From: Phoronis australis
Taxonomy: Eukaryota > Animalia > Phoronida
Length of the DNA stretch: 64,000 bases
Assembly: GCA_002633005.1 (NCBI GenBank)
Contig: NMRA01000098.1
Span: forward strand, 619,435-683,434
Direction: 5' to 3'
Numbering within the stretch: position 1 is the first letter of the stretch; every line of letters starts with the position of its first letter. Shown one piece after another: positions 38,601 through 50,639 of the stretch. The notes under the pieces are model-generated. The model had not been told where the DNA came from, did not search any database, and saw only the letters and a list, made by a program, of their open reading frames with translations. The position numbers and the translations under genes are program-made.

Positions 38601-41600
38601 AAAATCCCGTCATGTAGATGGACGATGCGAGAGCCACTAGATATTCTTTATTGCAAACTAAATCCCACTGAAAAAATCAATACACAATGCCAAGAAATTT
38701 ACACTTCTGTAAAAGTCCATTTTATCTTTTAACATTCAGAATTAAAATTTTTAAAACAATCGACTAACGATACCGTCATTTTGTGTTTAATCCAGTTATT
38801 TTGTATTCTTGGGGACCTTATCGATAAGCTCGTGTATGAAAACTAAAAACATTTTTTACTAGAAGTAGAAAATCTGTAGAATTTACTTTTCACTTTATAG
38901 CATTCTTTCATGGACTGGATCACGTGAAATTTAGCAAAAAAGAAAGGAACTTTCCAAGTCAAACAACAACATCAATAATATGACGAAATTAATTTTGTTT
39001 GATCGTGATAAATCTTCAAGAAGAGACCTTAAAAATCACGATTGTAAGTTTTCTAAACTATCATAATTAATTTCCGTTTTATGCAATTTATATAATTTTT
39101 TTCAGACAAAAAAAAGTTAAACATAAAATATTTGATAACAGCTCCTGCAATAGTGGATCATTTAATAACAATTCTATAAAGTGTTTTAGAGAGCAACGCA
39201 TAAAGCATAGTAGCTGAAAGTTTCATTTGAATCCAATCAGCCAATGCTGCGATACGATATTCCGAAGTTGGCCAAGTATGAACATTTTTCTAGGTTCATA
39301 CATTGCTTTAAGTTGTAACCGAGGTACACGTATAAGAAATGCATGCGTTCCTGAAGCTCAAGCGAACCACAGGACTGGATCAAGATTCAATCGCCTTTGC
39401 ATGAAGAATGTTTGAGAGAAGACACGGGTTAGTCGGTAAAGAGGAGGTTTCAGAAAAGTGTCTATCGACCGTTTTACAAGCAATTACCATAATGCTAACA
39501 TTCTGGACAACCAAGTGCGATCACCAATGGGCTAACACAGTATAACCACCAGTTACGTTATCGCAATGTAGTCTGACCATGTTAAAAAGGCAGATTCAGC
39601 TGTCCGATTTTGGGGCCGTTCAAGTGCGATTTTTTAAGACAGTGAAATAATGTCTTAGACGCATAAATATGTCTTCGTTGACGATTTGGACCAATGTCTT
39701 TTAAAAGTTTGTAATGACGTCTACATCGAGCTAAAGAACGGCCACGGATTACACACCACACTTGAATCGCGCGGCGGTTACCCAGCGACGCTGCAACATC
39801 CGTTTTTGCGCCATGGGCGCTTCTCATGTTACTTGTTGGTGCCTTGCTTTTCATTGTTTTCGACTGTATTCCCTGCAGGCTTATTCAACCTTCCAATACA
39901 CGGGCGAGGTGTAACTGCTGTGCTGTAGGTTTCAACTCCTGTGACAGAAAGTGGGGTAAACTTGAGAAGTATTCCGTTGATGCGATATTTTCCGAGAGGA
40001 TTCCTATAATGAGTCCGACATTTCTAAAACGAAGACAGTGAAACAACGCGTTTTCCTATCTCCAGGACAAAGGACCGTCTATTAGCAACAGCTTCATAAA
40101 GCACGTTCATTTGAAACTGTTTTATACCGTAGAGACACAAAACATGGCTGAGTATTGACCCTCAAGGTTTTAGGTTTTCACTCTCAAACATATGGGTGTG
40201 TGTATGGCTAGAGAATAAAGTTCGTTATTTCATGCGCACAAGCTGAAAACCCGCACGGTTGATCGTGATAGCTCATTTTATGAACCGAGCGCAATCTCCA
40301 GCACACACAAATTGGCAGTTCAAAGCCCCGTAGAAACCACTTCTCAACTGATAAGGCAGGCCCAGGAACAACTTGAGACTAGTTTTATAGTAGTAGTCGA
40401 TCTGAATCGAAAATCAAATATTTATACAGAGTGTACGTCTTCAAGCCGGGTAACGGGAGTGACAAGGGTATACAGCACTTACGCTTGCCGGAATCTGTCA
40501 CAGATTCTCGAAAAAACGTTTTAATTTTCACTGAATATACCCACTTTGATGTTAACTACCTATGGAATGATTCTCGAAAAAAGGCTCTGATGTGAGCATA
40601 CAAGCTTGAACTCTAGTAAATCAATGAGTGGGCCTTGCTTGCTTATTGCGGGTGTGCAGGTATGTTTGACCTGAAATCATTCATTGAGTTCATACTCAAG
40701 TCACGGGGCATCTTCGTCTGACTAATTAATGTCTTGAATACAGTTCAGTTTTTAAGGGTCATTTTCATATCAGTTTTACTCACTGTAGCAGTGATTTTGC
40801 CCCTCTTTATTTTTCCACGTCTGTCTTTCCAGAGACTACATTTTTGTTCTATTTTCGCTGTTACATCATGCAGTTACTTACGGCGTAAATGTCGTGATTA
40901 ACTTCCGTCGAGAGAGACAAAATGGGGTAAACTCTTTGTGTTATGGTGCACAAATATTGGGCTTCAGTTGGAAATTGTATGCATCAAGTTCTGTAAACGT
41001 GTTTTAGAACTAACAGGTTTGTTTAAGTGACTTTCAAAAAATCACTCGTATCTGTGAAGCTTAGTGTATGGGTGTGTGCGTGCGTGCGTTCGTGCGTGCG
41101 TGCGTGCGTGTGTGTGTGTGTGTGTATTTGTGTTCGCATAAAATAATTTACTGTTTTCAACTGTTTTTTTAATAATTCATTTGTACAATGTTTACATGTT
41201 GCCCACATAGTTTTTTGTTAGTTCGATTTCTAAGCAATGAATTTTATCTGTAGTGTGAAATAAAATTTAAAAAATGAAAGGTTTACCTGTAAAAAATCTA
41301 ATCCAATACATGTACTTTGCGTTGCTGAGAACGAATTCAGGGTGTACGATAGAATCATTACGCACGAGCATCGCATCTTACACATGAACCATTTACGAAC
41401 TTATGAATCATGCATACGAACCCATGAATCATGCATTCGAACCAAAAAATCACGCATACGAACGAAAATCATTTGCACGAACCACACAAATCACACATAC
41501 AAACACAAATAACGAGCATCCGAATCATATGCACAAGCCACCAACCGATAATAAGTATTCGTGCATGTGATTCGATGCTCGTATGTGTGATGTTGTGTTC

Positions 41601-44600
41601 GTATGTATGATTTATGTGGTTCGTGCCCACGGTTTTTGTTCGTATGCGTGATTTTTTTTTGTTCGCATGCTGTATGATTCATGGGTTCATATGCATGATT
41701 CATAGGTTCTAAGAAGGTGCGTGCGTAAGATGCAATTCTCCTGGGTATGATTTTATGTTACCCCTGGCATTGTATTTGCCAATTTTCCCGCTCTTGCCGG
41801 ACTATTTCACTTTACACTTTTCCCGCCATCCTGCCACACCATCAGCGAGTCCCCCACGGCGACATTGACATATCACATACTACTCTAATTTCAATGCCCT
41901 ATTAGACATTTACGGGTCCCGTAGAATAAGTGGAGGGGCGGGCCCGTAATCAAATGCTCATGCAACGATCATCTCAAAGCAACAGCAAAATATGAGTAAT
42001 TTTAACTTTTGAGACAGAAAGAAATTGAGACGGATTCTACATGTCGCGACAATGTGTCTATTGGGCAACTTTAGCTGTTGGTCGAACTCGACGGTTTTAG
42101 TGTATTTCACACGCTGCTAATCAAGGGACCCGCGCTTGTTCCAATTATAATATCAACAATGGTACCTTTGTCAAATAAATGCCTTTCGAGCAAATTTAAG
42201 CTTTGCACATTTTGCTACTCTGTACCTTAAAAACGTCAATCAAACTGCAAATTCAATGAATTCTTATCGCCTTGGCGAGTCTCTGCACTGTTGAAAGCCA
42301 GTCTTTTTTATGTGCACGCTTGCGCTTTGAGTAGCAATACGACACTATAACATTGCTAACCCAGTGATGCCTCCTACCCTTGACCCTACAAATATTGAAA
42401 ATGGCGGGGCCACACACAAACTTCCAAACCGAGGTCGCATCATCGGAGGCAGCGCTTCCAAAGGCGTAGAAACATGTGTACGTTCATGATACTGGTGCCT
42501 CCAAAATGCTGTGAGGGCGGTGCCCCAAAAAGCGCGGAGCCCATAGAATGGGCAACTTCTCCTATGTTGCTAAACCGGAAACGGTAATTTTCCACGCAAC
42601 ATAGCACTATTTTCCCGTTCGACTAAACAGAAAAAAACGGGACATTCCACGGGTTTTTACAGGCAACCGCAATTGCTTATTCGATTTAAAAAGCGCCATC
42701 GAGCGTTTTGAGTATATCGTCTCCCGTTCTAGAAAAAAAAACGGTCTCGGAACGCTTTTAATTTGTGTGTTGAGACGAACATTTCACCCTTGCGTTTTTG
42801 CGAAGACGTCCATGTCCCGCTTGTTAGACGGAAGTCCCACTTTTCAATCCAGTTGTCCCGTATTTTTATTCTCGAATGTTGACAACTATGGAACAGGTTT
42901 TCCTTTGTCTTTTTGTCATGAATATTGTTATTTTCCAGAGTCCACTTTCTTTAGTAACATAGCAATCGTAAAAATGTGTTCAATGTCTCTTGTTTACAGT
43001 GACACACGCTGCATGAATCAGAATCACTAATTTTTACTTTCTGAAGAAATTAGTATATTTACAAACTACTATGGAAAATCCTATGCTGCAACCTAAGTAA
43101 GGATATATCCACAGTACATTTCAAACCCACACAAGTAGTAGTAGTAATACACTTTATTCACTTTAAGTCAAAAACACAATAGATATTGGCCATTTTTTTC
43201 AATCAGAAAGCCTTTATCTGCAAATTTCGGATAAGTAGTCGGAATAATTAGTTTATCACATTTTTGTAAATGTCACTGGACCCTGAATTTTTCTGAAGAA
43301 CTGCATGAAACGGCACCCAAAGTGTATAAGTGTGGATGAATTCATGACTAAATTCTTCACAGGAAATGTGAGGGAGACATATATTCTAAAATCTTTGTCT
43401 TGAAAGGATAGAAATCATTTGAATCTTTGAAATTATTTCCCTGCTGGTTTCATTAATCATTTACATAACCTCTCTGGTTCATTTCCTTTTTTGTGATACT
43501 ATTTCACCCTTGATGTTTAGAATTAAAAATATTTTTGAACCTGTCAGGTGTAGGAAATGATGATTAATTATGAGGGAAATGACGATTAATTATGAATTAT
43601 TTTTTTATCGTTTGCTTCTTCTATAATCATACACCATCAAGAACTGATGAAGGGCTTTGTATTGACATGACTTTTAAGCAATTCGGTTGAAAAACGGCGG
43701 ACTTGTGAAAAGTTCTAGTGACAGTAAATTCCAGCAATAACCAACACTGGCGAAACTAACGAATGCAAACAAATGTCACGCATACACGGAGCAACCTCAC
43801 CAGCGCAAGATCGAAGTTGGCATTCCAGGGTTAGAGTTCAATTATGAAACGGATTTTAGGGTAAGTTAGTTCGGTCGAAACTTAAGGCCAAAAATGTACA
43901 GCTCCGAACGTACCCCCCACCTAAAATGGCCGCCGTAGTGAGACAGCTGACTTGTGCGTTATGGGTACTCACTCAACTGTAGTCAAATCTGATGGGGTCA
44001 TCGTGGAAACCCCCGCCCATTTTTTTAAAAAATGATTGAAAAATTATTAGTAATTGAAGTAAGGCAAACATAAATAGGGCTTAAATTTATTAAATGAATA
44101 TTTCGACTGATGAAACTCATCATTTGCTCTGAATTGTGAATGTAAAGAAACGAGTATGTTTAACTAATGGACATGGGGTCAGCAGTGTCATAAAATAAAA
44201 GCTAGCCACTCGACTATGTCAAAAGCGCAAGTGCGTGTGCAGCTATTTATTTGTGATTTGTTATCATTAATCTAAAATTGAGTTGTCAAGCCGCTTTGTT
44301 AAACCAAAGATAAAGTAGTCCTCACTGAGATCAAAACCAACGAGAAGTGTTCATTCAGCCTTACAACATTTGTGCTCCAGGAAAACAGCTTCTTCGCAAC
44401 AAGCTAGCTGTATTTCCTTTCTCACGAATCACAAAGAAGGACTCCATTTTTAAATGGGAAGCTCGATCGCTAAAGACTAGTCATGGTTTGTGAGAAAGAA
44501 GCGGGAAACCAACTTGCAAAAAATGACCGCAGTGCGAAAGAAAGAAGACATTTCTTGTGAGAACATTGCACGCGAAGATAACACTCATAATAATGGAAAG

Positions 44601-45390
44601 GGCACCTCTTGTCTTTGAATTATAATACATTTTCCACGAGTCGGCTCACCTAGAACCGCAAGTAAAATGACGTGGGTCCGCTCAAAATAGTTCAGTACAG
44701 GGACAGTTTGTGAGGAAGGAAGCACAAGAAGTTATCAAAAGCGAAATGGTCGCTTGGTATTGCTTCTGATGTCCGATATTTGACGATAATGCCATACATT
44801 TTTCGCATATGACAGTGTCAGTGGTTACACGTGGAGTAAAATAAAAACCAAAATAACACGCGACATCAGTAGTGGACTTAGGGTAAATGCATACAGAGCA
44901 TGTATGTGGATGACGGCAGCTCACCGCCACTACCTTTTTTTCCGACATGGAACTAAATCCTATGAGTCTATTTAAAGTTGAAGTCGGTATTTCTTAGTCT
45001 TACCTTACTACGTATAGTACTGGTGTAGCCGCTAACATCATATTCCCATTTATCGCACATCGTGAGCGACAACGAAGATTCGTTCTCGTATACCATATAA
45101 CCCGACACAGTGCCATTTCCAACCTCCGTGTAATTTGAGTTATAATACATACACTGTCGCACAAATGCGTCACTGATGTTAACTGGCGTCAGAACACTGC
45201 CGCCAGAACTCGAATCCGTTGCATGTTTACCGGAACACCGATGCTCATGCTGTCCGCCAATAAATACCATTAACAAAGTTTGCCATCCGCACGGAATGTA
45301 ACCAGAACCAAGTATAATGAATAGAAGAATCTGATAGTTTCCAAATCCCCCGATCGTAGCGAGCAATTGATCAAAATCGAAGTTTGACAT
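29536..45390 (-). CDS. SLC22-family organic ion transporter (Orct/OAT/OCTN-like MFS), span of coding exons 1-9; terminal exon not located
   Basis: Nine GT-AG exons with matching phases total 1595 nt. Family motifs: [41 protein letters not shown]. Confidence 0.95.
29713..30300 (+). mobile_element. Helentron-type non-autonomous element (HINE-like), partial
   Basis: Starts AACAAGAGCAACGCTGAGCGTTGAAATGCG, homologous to the element at 35825, with the same ~150-bp subrepeats. Confidence 0.6.
30634..30815 (-). CDS. SLC22 exon 8 (182 nt)
   Basis: tttttcag|LQTY...[26 protein letters not shown]...[15 protein letters not shown]|gtaaga. Confidence 0.95.
31016..31236 (-). CDS. SLC22 exon 7 (221 nt)
   Basis: tttccag|[22 protein letters not shown]...EIPA...RFGRR...NNP|gtaaaa. 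Confidence 0.95.
31340..31760. repeat. Degenerate (CAC/CAT)n microsatellite in SLC22 intron 6
   Basis: Read directly from the sequence. Confidence 0.9.
31902..32097. mobile_element. Small palindromic MITE
   Basis: tattcacgcagtcgccatttt ... aaaatggcgattgcttgaata. Termini resemble those of 58875-60639. Confidence 0.6.
32708..32805 (-). CDS. SLC22 exon 6 (98 nt)
   Basis: tatttcag|[33 protein letters not shown]|gtatgt. Confidence 0.9.
33272..34150 (+). mobile_element. Probable solo LTR in SLC22 intron 5
   Basis: Imperfect terminal inverted repeat (TGATGTCCGTGATG / CATCTACGCACAAC). Two CCAAT boxes (~33514, ~33554). AATAAA at 34101, about 50 nt before the end. No clear TSD. Confidence 0.45.
34493..34622 (-). 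CDS. SLC22 exon 5 (130 nt)
   Basis: atttcag|[43 protein letters not shown]|gtaaca. Confidence 0.95.
35649..35817 (-). CDS. SLC22 exon 4 (169 nt)
   Basis: ttctttcag|MEIAGVKYR...AYFVRD...LLSYIW|gtgaga. Confidence 0.93.
35825..37036 (+). mobile_element. Helentron-type non-autonomous element (HINE-like) with an internal tandem array
   Basis: 5' end AACAAGA. ~150-bp subunits (TTGCCACTAGG) form a ~455-bp higher-order period (36078/36532; 36385/36840). GGAC-type microrepeat, 3' hairpin (ATGCGACCCGACATA-CAAA-TATGTGGGAGCAT), then AAAAA. Confidence 0.7.
37074..37443. other. Assembly gap (370 N), followed by GGAA-rich low-complexity DNA to ~37570
   Basis: Run of N. Confidence 0.99.
37708..37871 (-). 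CDS. SLC22 exon 3 (164 nt)
   Basis: gttctag|[14 protein letters not shown]...FVILRFLAG...SFVL|gtaaga. Confidence 0.93.
38564..38667 (-). CDS. SLC22 exon 2 (104 nt)
   Basis: ttttttcag|[34 protein letters not shown]|gtaagt. Too short to appear in the ORF track. Confidence 0.95.
39330..39950 (+). pseudogene. Possible highly decayed pogo/Fot1-like DDE transposase fragment
   Basis: Scattered remnants only: ILDNQ..(S)H at ~39500 and ILGPFK at ~39607, in the order expected for LILD.H.SH and QPLD..FGP.K. Confidence 0.3.
41337..41766. mobile_element. Palindromic MITE built from CATACGAA-type microrepeats
   Basis: cagggtgtacgatagaatcat ... atgattttatgttacccctg. Arms are symmetric about ~41545. Confidence 0.75.
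45004..45390 (-). CDS. SLC22 exon 1 (387 nt)
   Basis: [20 protein letters not shown]...[18 protein letters not shown]|gtaaga. Confidence 0.93.
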
Positions 45391-45659
45391 GTTTTTCTTA
45401 ATTCAGCAGAGAAAATCACAAGAGACGTGAACCAAATGCGGGCTGTTCGAAAGTGTAGAGCTATAAATCTGACAAGTCGCCTAATAAACCGGTTTACTGT
45501 TGACCAGGCAAAATGTTTCAGCGAGGTCATTGATCAGTTGAGACGACGTTTGTTCATTCACCAGACAAATACATGTACTCGTGTAAGGTGGTTGAGCAAC
45601 GTTTCACTAAAGAAATTATTTTCACTGTCACAGTAGTAGGCAACACTCAGCCTCTCAGC

Positions 45660-46315
45660 AGGCTGGCTAGGGGCTACAATACTCACCATTGCTTTCTGTA
45701 CTAGTCTCCTGGGTTACAAGTCTTCTGGAAAATTTGGCTGGGTCTGCTGGGAATCTTCCCAGAAGTTCCTTTGAAATTTGCATTCTGCTCATTTTCTGAT
45801 CCTGAGTTAACATTCTTGGCACCCATCGTGCACTCAGCTTACTCATGCCCACATCTTCACTCAAAATTTTAAAGACGGACCCATATTGCTGATGCCAACA
45901 GTGTTTTCCAAATGTTGAACAGTCATTCGCCTGTCTTTCATAACCATCGAACGAATGAATTTTCTGCACATTTTCACTGGAGGTCATAATTAGGGACGTC
46001 CTGGACGAGGGTCATCTTCAACGCTCTCTACCCCTCTTGAAACAAGCTGACCACTTTTTTTACGGTGGCGTAGCTCGGGTTTCATTCCTTTTTTACCCAA
46101 AATACTTGACGGCTCTCGTCTCCGTTATCTCCATGCTGCTAAATGTGTTATCGTCTGTTTTTTGAAGCACCGCCACTTAGCGGCAGTTGACCGTACTAAT
46201 TCAGCATGAACGCAGTAACTGTTTTAAAAGATGAAACTTTACTGTGATGAGAAAAAATTTAACATGCGTCCCTGTTTTCTTGGTGAGGCCGAGAACTTAT
46301 TGAACGAGCCTCGTA
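45660..46315 (-). mobile_element. Mariner transposase relic with its 5' TIR
   Basis: SYATVKKW...FKRGRESVEDDPRPGRP and MSKLSARWVPRMLTQDQK...RRLVT (WVPxxL motif). TA-CGAGGCTCGTTCAATAAGT terminus at 46315. Confidence 0.88.
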
Positions 46316-46434
46316 CATACCCTCTATGAAGCATGTCTACGGCGACTTTGGCGAAGATTTCCAACTCACATTTTTTGGTCGTCGTTAACTTTTTTAGCGC
46401 TCACGAACACCAAAAAGTAGTTCAATTGACGTCA

Positions 46435-46672
46435 CCAGAGACCCTAGAGGGGGGAGACGAACCACCGAGCGAAATCCCATTGGACGGCCCGTAGCGGACA
46501 TTGTTGTTTCATGGACCGTAGAGACGTATAGCGGGCGTGTGTGCAATAAACAAATATGGCAACATATGATGGCTCTAGTCGGTAAAAACGCAATGGTGAT
46601 TTTTGCAATGCCTGCGGCTGCAGTAACAGTTAGTCGAAAATTCGTCACTTATGCTTTTTTTGCTTCCCCACA
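46435..46672 (-). repeat. Dispersed ~240-bp repeat; inverted copy at 56097-56333
   Basis: Both copies share ccatatttgtttattgcac...gtctctacggtccatgaaacaacaatgtccgc. Confidence 0.85.
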
Positions 46673-46675
46673 GCA

Positions 46676-49600
46676 CCCCGGCCAACCCGCGATCGAGAAC
46701 GTCCGAAAAGCGATCGAGAACGAAATTTGGCGCTAGAAGCGAAGCCAGGCAAGGTGAGTAAATGTGATGAATTTTCGTTGTTTTTACTTCCAATGTGAAA
46801 ACAGAGACATGACTTCAAGGCGTAACACATTTAGGAAGGGCAGGTAGAGGTTTAGCCTAGTGTCTCTCCCAATTATTTGAGAAAAGTTACGTTGACCGAG
46901 GCATCGCTTAAGCCGAAGGTAATTTGTATGTCATTTTGGCAAATTGCCGTTATTTTTGGCACTAAATCAATAAACTGACCATGGAGTTATGAAGAAATGA
47001 CGTGTGAAAATATAACGCAACGCTTGTTTTTTGTAGTTTTATCAGAATCTCTGATTTTTTGACGCTTTTCTGTTGAAAGATGCGATCGAGAACGCAACGA
47101 TTAGCGACAGGGAACACATATTTGTGTCTGTTTACGCGATCGGGAACGCATTGTGGTGTGTCGAACAGTAACGAACTTTTTACTTATAAAACGTGAAAAA
47201 GGTTACAAAATAAGTGTGGTGCAATGAATTAATCACATTTTGTGTCGTTAGTGTGTTACTTTCGTATCAAAACTGAACAACAACATAGCATATTTCCATT
47301 AAATTGCCATGTACATCAAGCATAATTTTAGTTTCACAAACGAATTTATTCTCATTTCAGGAAACAAGTTCACTGTTATTGTGAGGCGAGCTTCAACGAA
47401 CATATTACCCACGACGTGAAGGTACACCCGACTAGGGTTTTGAAAAGTAGGCCTACAGACCAAGCATCTACTTTTAGAACAAATCACTGAGAACAAGGGT
47501 TTCTAAACTGAAGACTCACCCAGGAGTTGTTCCATGTGGCCTGTCAGCCAGGGGTGAACAAATTGTTGCAGCACCGAGATGAAAGCGAGTGTAGAAAATT
47601 CTTGTAAAATTGTGACAGCAAAAGGAAAAAAAAAACAAATAGCTAGTGAAGTCAAAGAAACATCGATACAGAGATGAACAGATTGACTTGTGGCACCGTG
47701 TGGCTTGTATGTACGTTGTGTTTGACTCTTCTGTTTTGTAGTCTTGGTCCGAAGTTCACTTGCATCATCAGTTCATGATCTCGAGTTTAATGTGACATTG
47801 AAAAAGATTGAGAGTTGTAATACACATACTATATTGTGATTTTCTCAAAACGTAGTCAACATATGTTGTCATTAGCGTCACTTCAACTATTGTACACAAT
47901 AGTGATTTACACAGAAAATCAACAATATTATAGCATTTTGTTGATGAACAAGCAGTGAAAGGCATTCTGTTCGGTTAGGAACGTTGAATGCGCAACGCAG
48001 TGCGAGAACGCGGTCCAAGGATAATACTAGTCTGAAGGAGGATAATAGTTTTATTACATACTCTTCTACTGATACTACTGAGTCTGTTACAATCCATGCG
48101 ATCATTCACTTATATAGTAACATACATGAATCATAACAGGATATACTGAACAAACATGTTTACTACAATTTCTCATACTGGGGGTGTATTACGTAACACT
48201 TAATTCTCTGAACTACTCCTTCACATGCACTCACTCAGATATGAGATCATACTCTAACACATTTCTCATTAATCTTTTATCACACGTACCTCAAAATTGG
48301 TCTTACAGAAATATATAAATTTATTTATATAGGGAAATCAACAAAACAAATCCATTGAACATTTGCAACGAATTAATTTTGGAATGTATTAGACTAAATC
48401 ATCTCTGAATCATAGACAATGTATTTAGGACTGATTGATAGTATAATAGTTTCTTACAGGAAATCAACAACAATATGAAATTAATTTCTACAATAATCAT
48501 AGACATATATTTTCATTTAAAATACTCATTGGTCAGAACAATTGTATGTAAGTATTGCCCAATGACACTTAGTATGGCCGTTTAAATCTACCTAAACACT
48601 GTTAAAGATCCTTTTGAAATAACACAAATATGGAAAGAAACTTGAGGAAAAATAGTTCAAAACAAAACGTCAAAATACAATCAGATCAGACAACTACCAA
48701 CCACAGACTTTGTAAATCTGAATAAATTATAGTGACTTAACAACCTTCAGTACTGGACTTAATGATTTCATTCATGACGTTTCTGCTTGCTATGCCTGTA
48801 GAAGGAGGCATACTGTTCATGCATGGCATGCCACATTCACCACAAAAAGGAGTGTCCTCGAGCTGTGACGCAGTGTCGCATCAGGCTTACTCTTTTCGTG
48901 AAACGTTGATCAAAGATAGGACGCTGAATCGACCTAGTTCCTAAGCACGATGCTTTATGCTGTGTTTTACTATATTGGCAAAAAACTCTTGACCCATGCA
49001 ATGCGTCAATCACAGCGCTGGTAAAGGTCTTGATTTGTTGTAGTGTCACTGTATTTTATTGCCACGTGGTCATACTAAGTCGATTTCTTAGTTCCTGAAC
49101 GAGACTCCACAACACACACACACACACTCCGTTATGACATGCAGCAGTTGTACAATCTTTGGTTGTACTACTCTTTTTTGAAGGCGTGGGCGTTAACACC
49201 CTGAAGGACTCGTCGTGTGGCTACAATTCAACTGAAAAAAATCAAAAGCATTCAGTTATGTTTGTTAGGCTAAATCTCACTTAGATATAATGAAAAAACG
49301 ATGAAATGTAATTAATAATTAACCCATCAACTAATTCACGGGGTCCGTATTATTCTAAAATTACTGACATAATACCGTAGCTTTAACGACTATTCAGGCC
49401 AATGCAGAGGAAAAATGTACGTTCATGATCGCTTTTTGCGTTCACGATCGCCATAGAGAATTAACGACATCGTTCCCGATCGCCGTCTCACACGATACCT
49501 GCTTGTATTGGTAAATATCTCAAATTGTTTCACAAATCTTAACTAACAAAGGTGTCACCAGGGACGATAAAACTAAAAACGTCCCACGTCTCTTCATAAG

Positions 49601-49908
49601 AACCCTGGAATTGCTAATAACAAGTAGAAATTGTCGATTTTACGAGGCGCAAGGCATTTTACCGAAAGCCATTGCTTTCTGAGCTCTTTATTTTGAAAAA
49701 TAAGTGAAAGCCAAGTATTATTTCATATCCACAACAAAGGTTACACTCTGACGCTTTTCTGTGTGTAACAATCGTACCAAAGTGGCCTCTATATAAGCAG
49801 AAAATGACACTTAAACTTACCGGGTACGTGACTGTCGTCTGCCATTTTTGGCGCAAGGTCTCGTTCTCAATCGTCTTCCGGGCGCACTCGATCGCGGGTT
49901 GGCCGGGG
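46676..49908. mobile_element. ~3.2-kb TIR DNA element (CCC...GGG termini, CMC/EnSpm-like) with no intact ORF
   Basis: CCCCGGCCAACCCGCGATCGAG ... CTCGATCGCGGGTTGGCCGGGG. Subterminal GCGATCG(A/G)GAACG repeats. Flanks are AGCA and AGCC. Confidence 0.75.
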
Positions 49909-50639
49909 AGCCACTGACAGATTATGATACACTGTAGATGATGTTCACGATTGAAATAACGGATGTTTTTGCGTGAAACTGTTGCCAGTCAACCAGTGAA
50001 TGAGTGGGTGATTTGAACTTAATGTCTTTAGTGTTCCCTGCATTTGATCGCTTATACAGAAAAACATCGTAAATTGTTTGCATGAGTTTTGGAACTACTG
50101 ATAAGTTTATTCTATGCCCATTGCTTTCTTTCATTTCTATGCAGTCCTAATACATTCAAATCTAAAAAATAATTTACTATTTAATTGCTAATTTTAATAT
50201 TGCTGCATTATCAAATGTTTGTTTTTATCTATTGTTTATTCTTCGTTTATTATTATTTATTTATCTTTATATATTTATTTATTTATTCATTGTTTTTATT
50301 TATCCGCTGTTACTTATTTAAATTATTACCTGTGATCCCATACAGTCAACCTTCTAGCTGTCGTTGGTCAATAATCTATATCATATGATCATGGTATGGA
50401 CTTCAGTGCATAATAAATATTAACAGTATGGTTTGGTAACCTGTTTGATAATTTTCAATAGGAAGTGTCTAAGGCAATGCTCTTTAAAAGCATATTGAGC
50501 CTTACATCGGTGGCTACTTCGTTAGTATGTGTATCACCTTGGAAACCCCGTTACACTCAGTGACGATATGGTTTGTTTTGACACGGGTCTTAGAACATCA
50601 AGTCAGAAAAAAGGTGTCCATGTTATTTACTTTGAAGTT

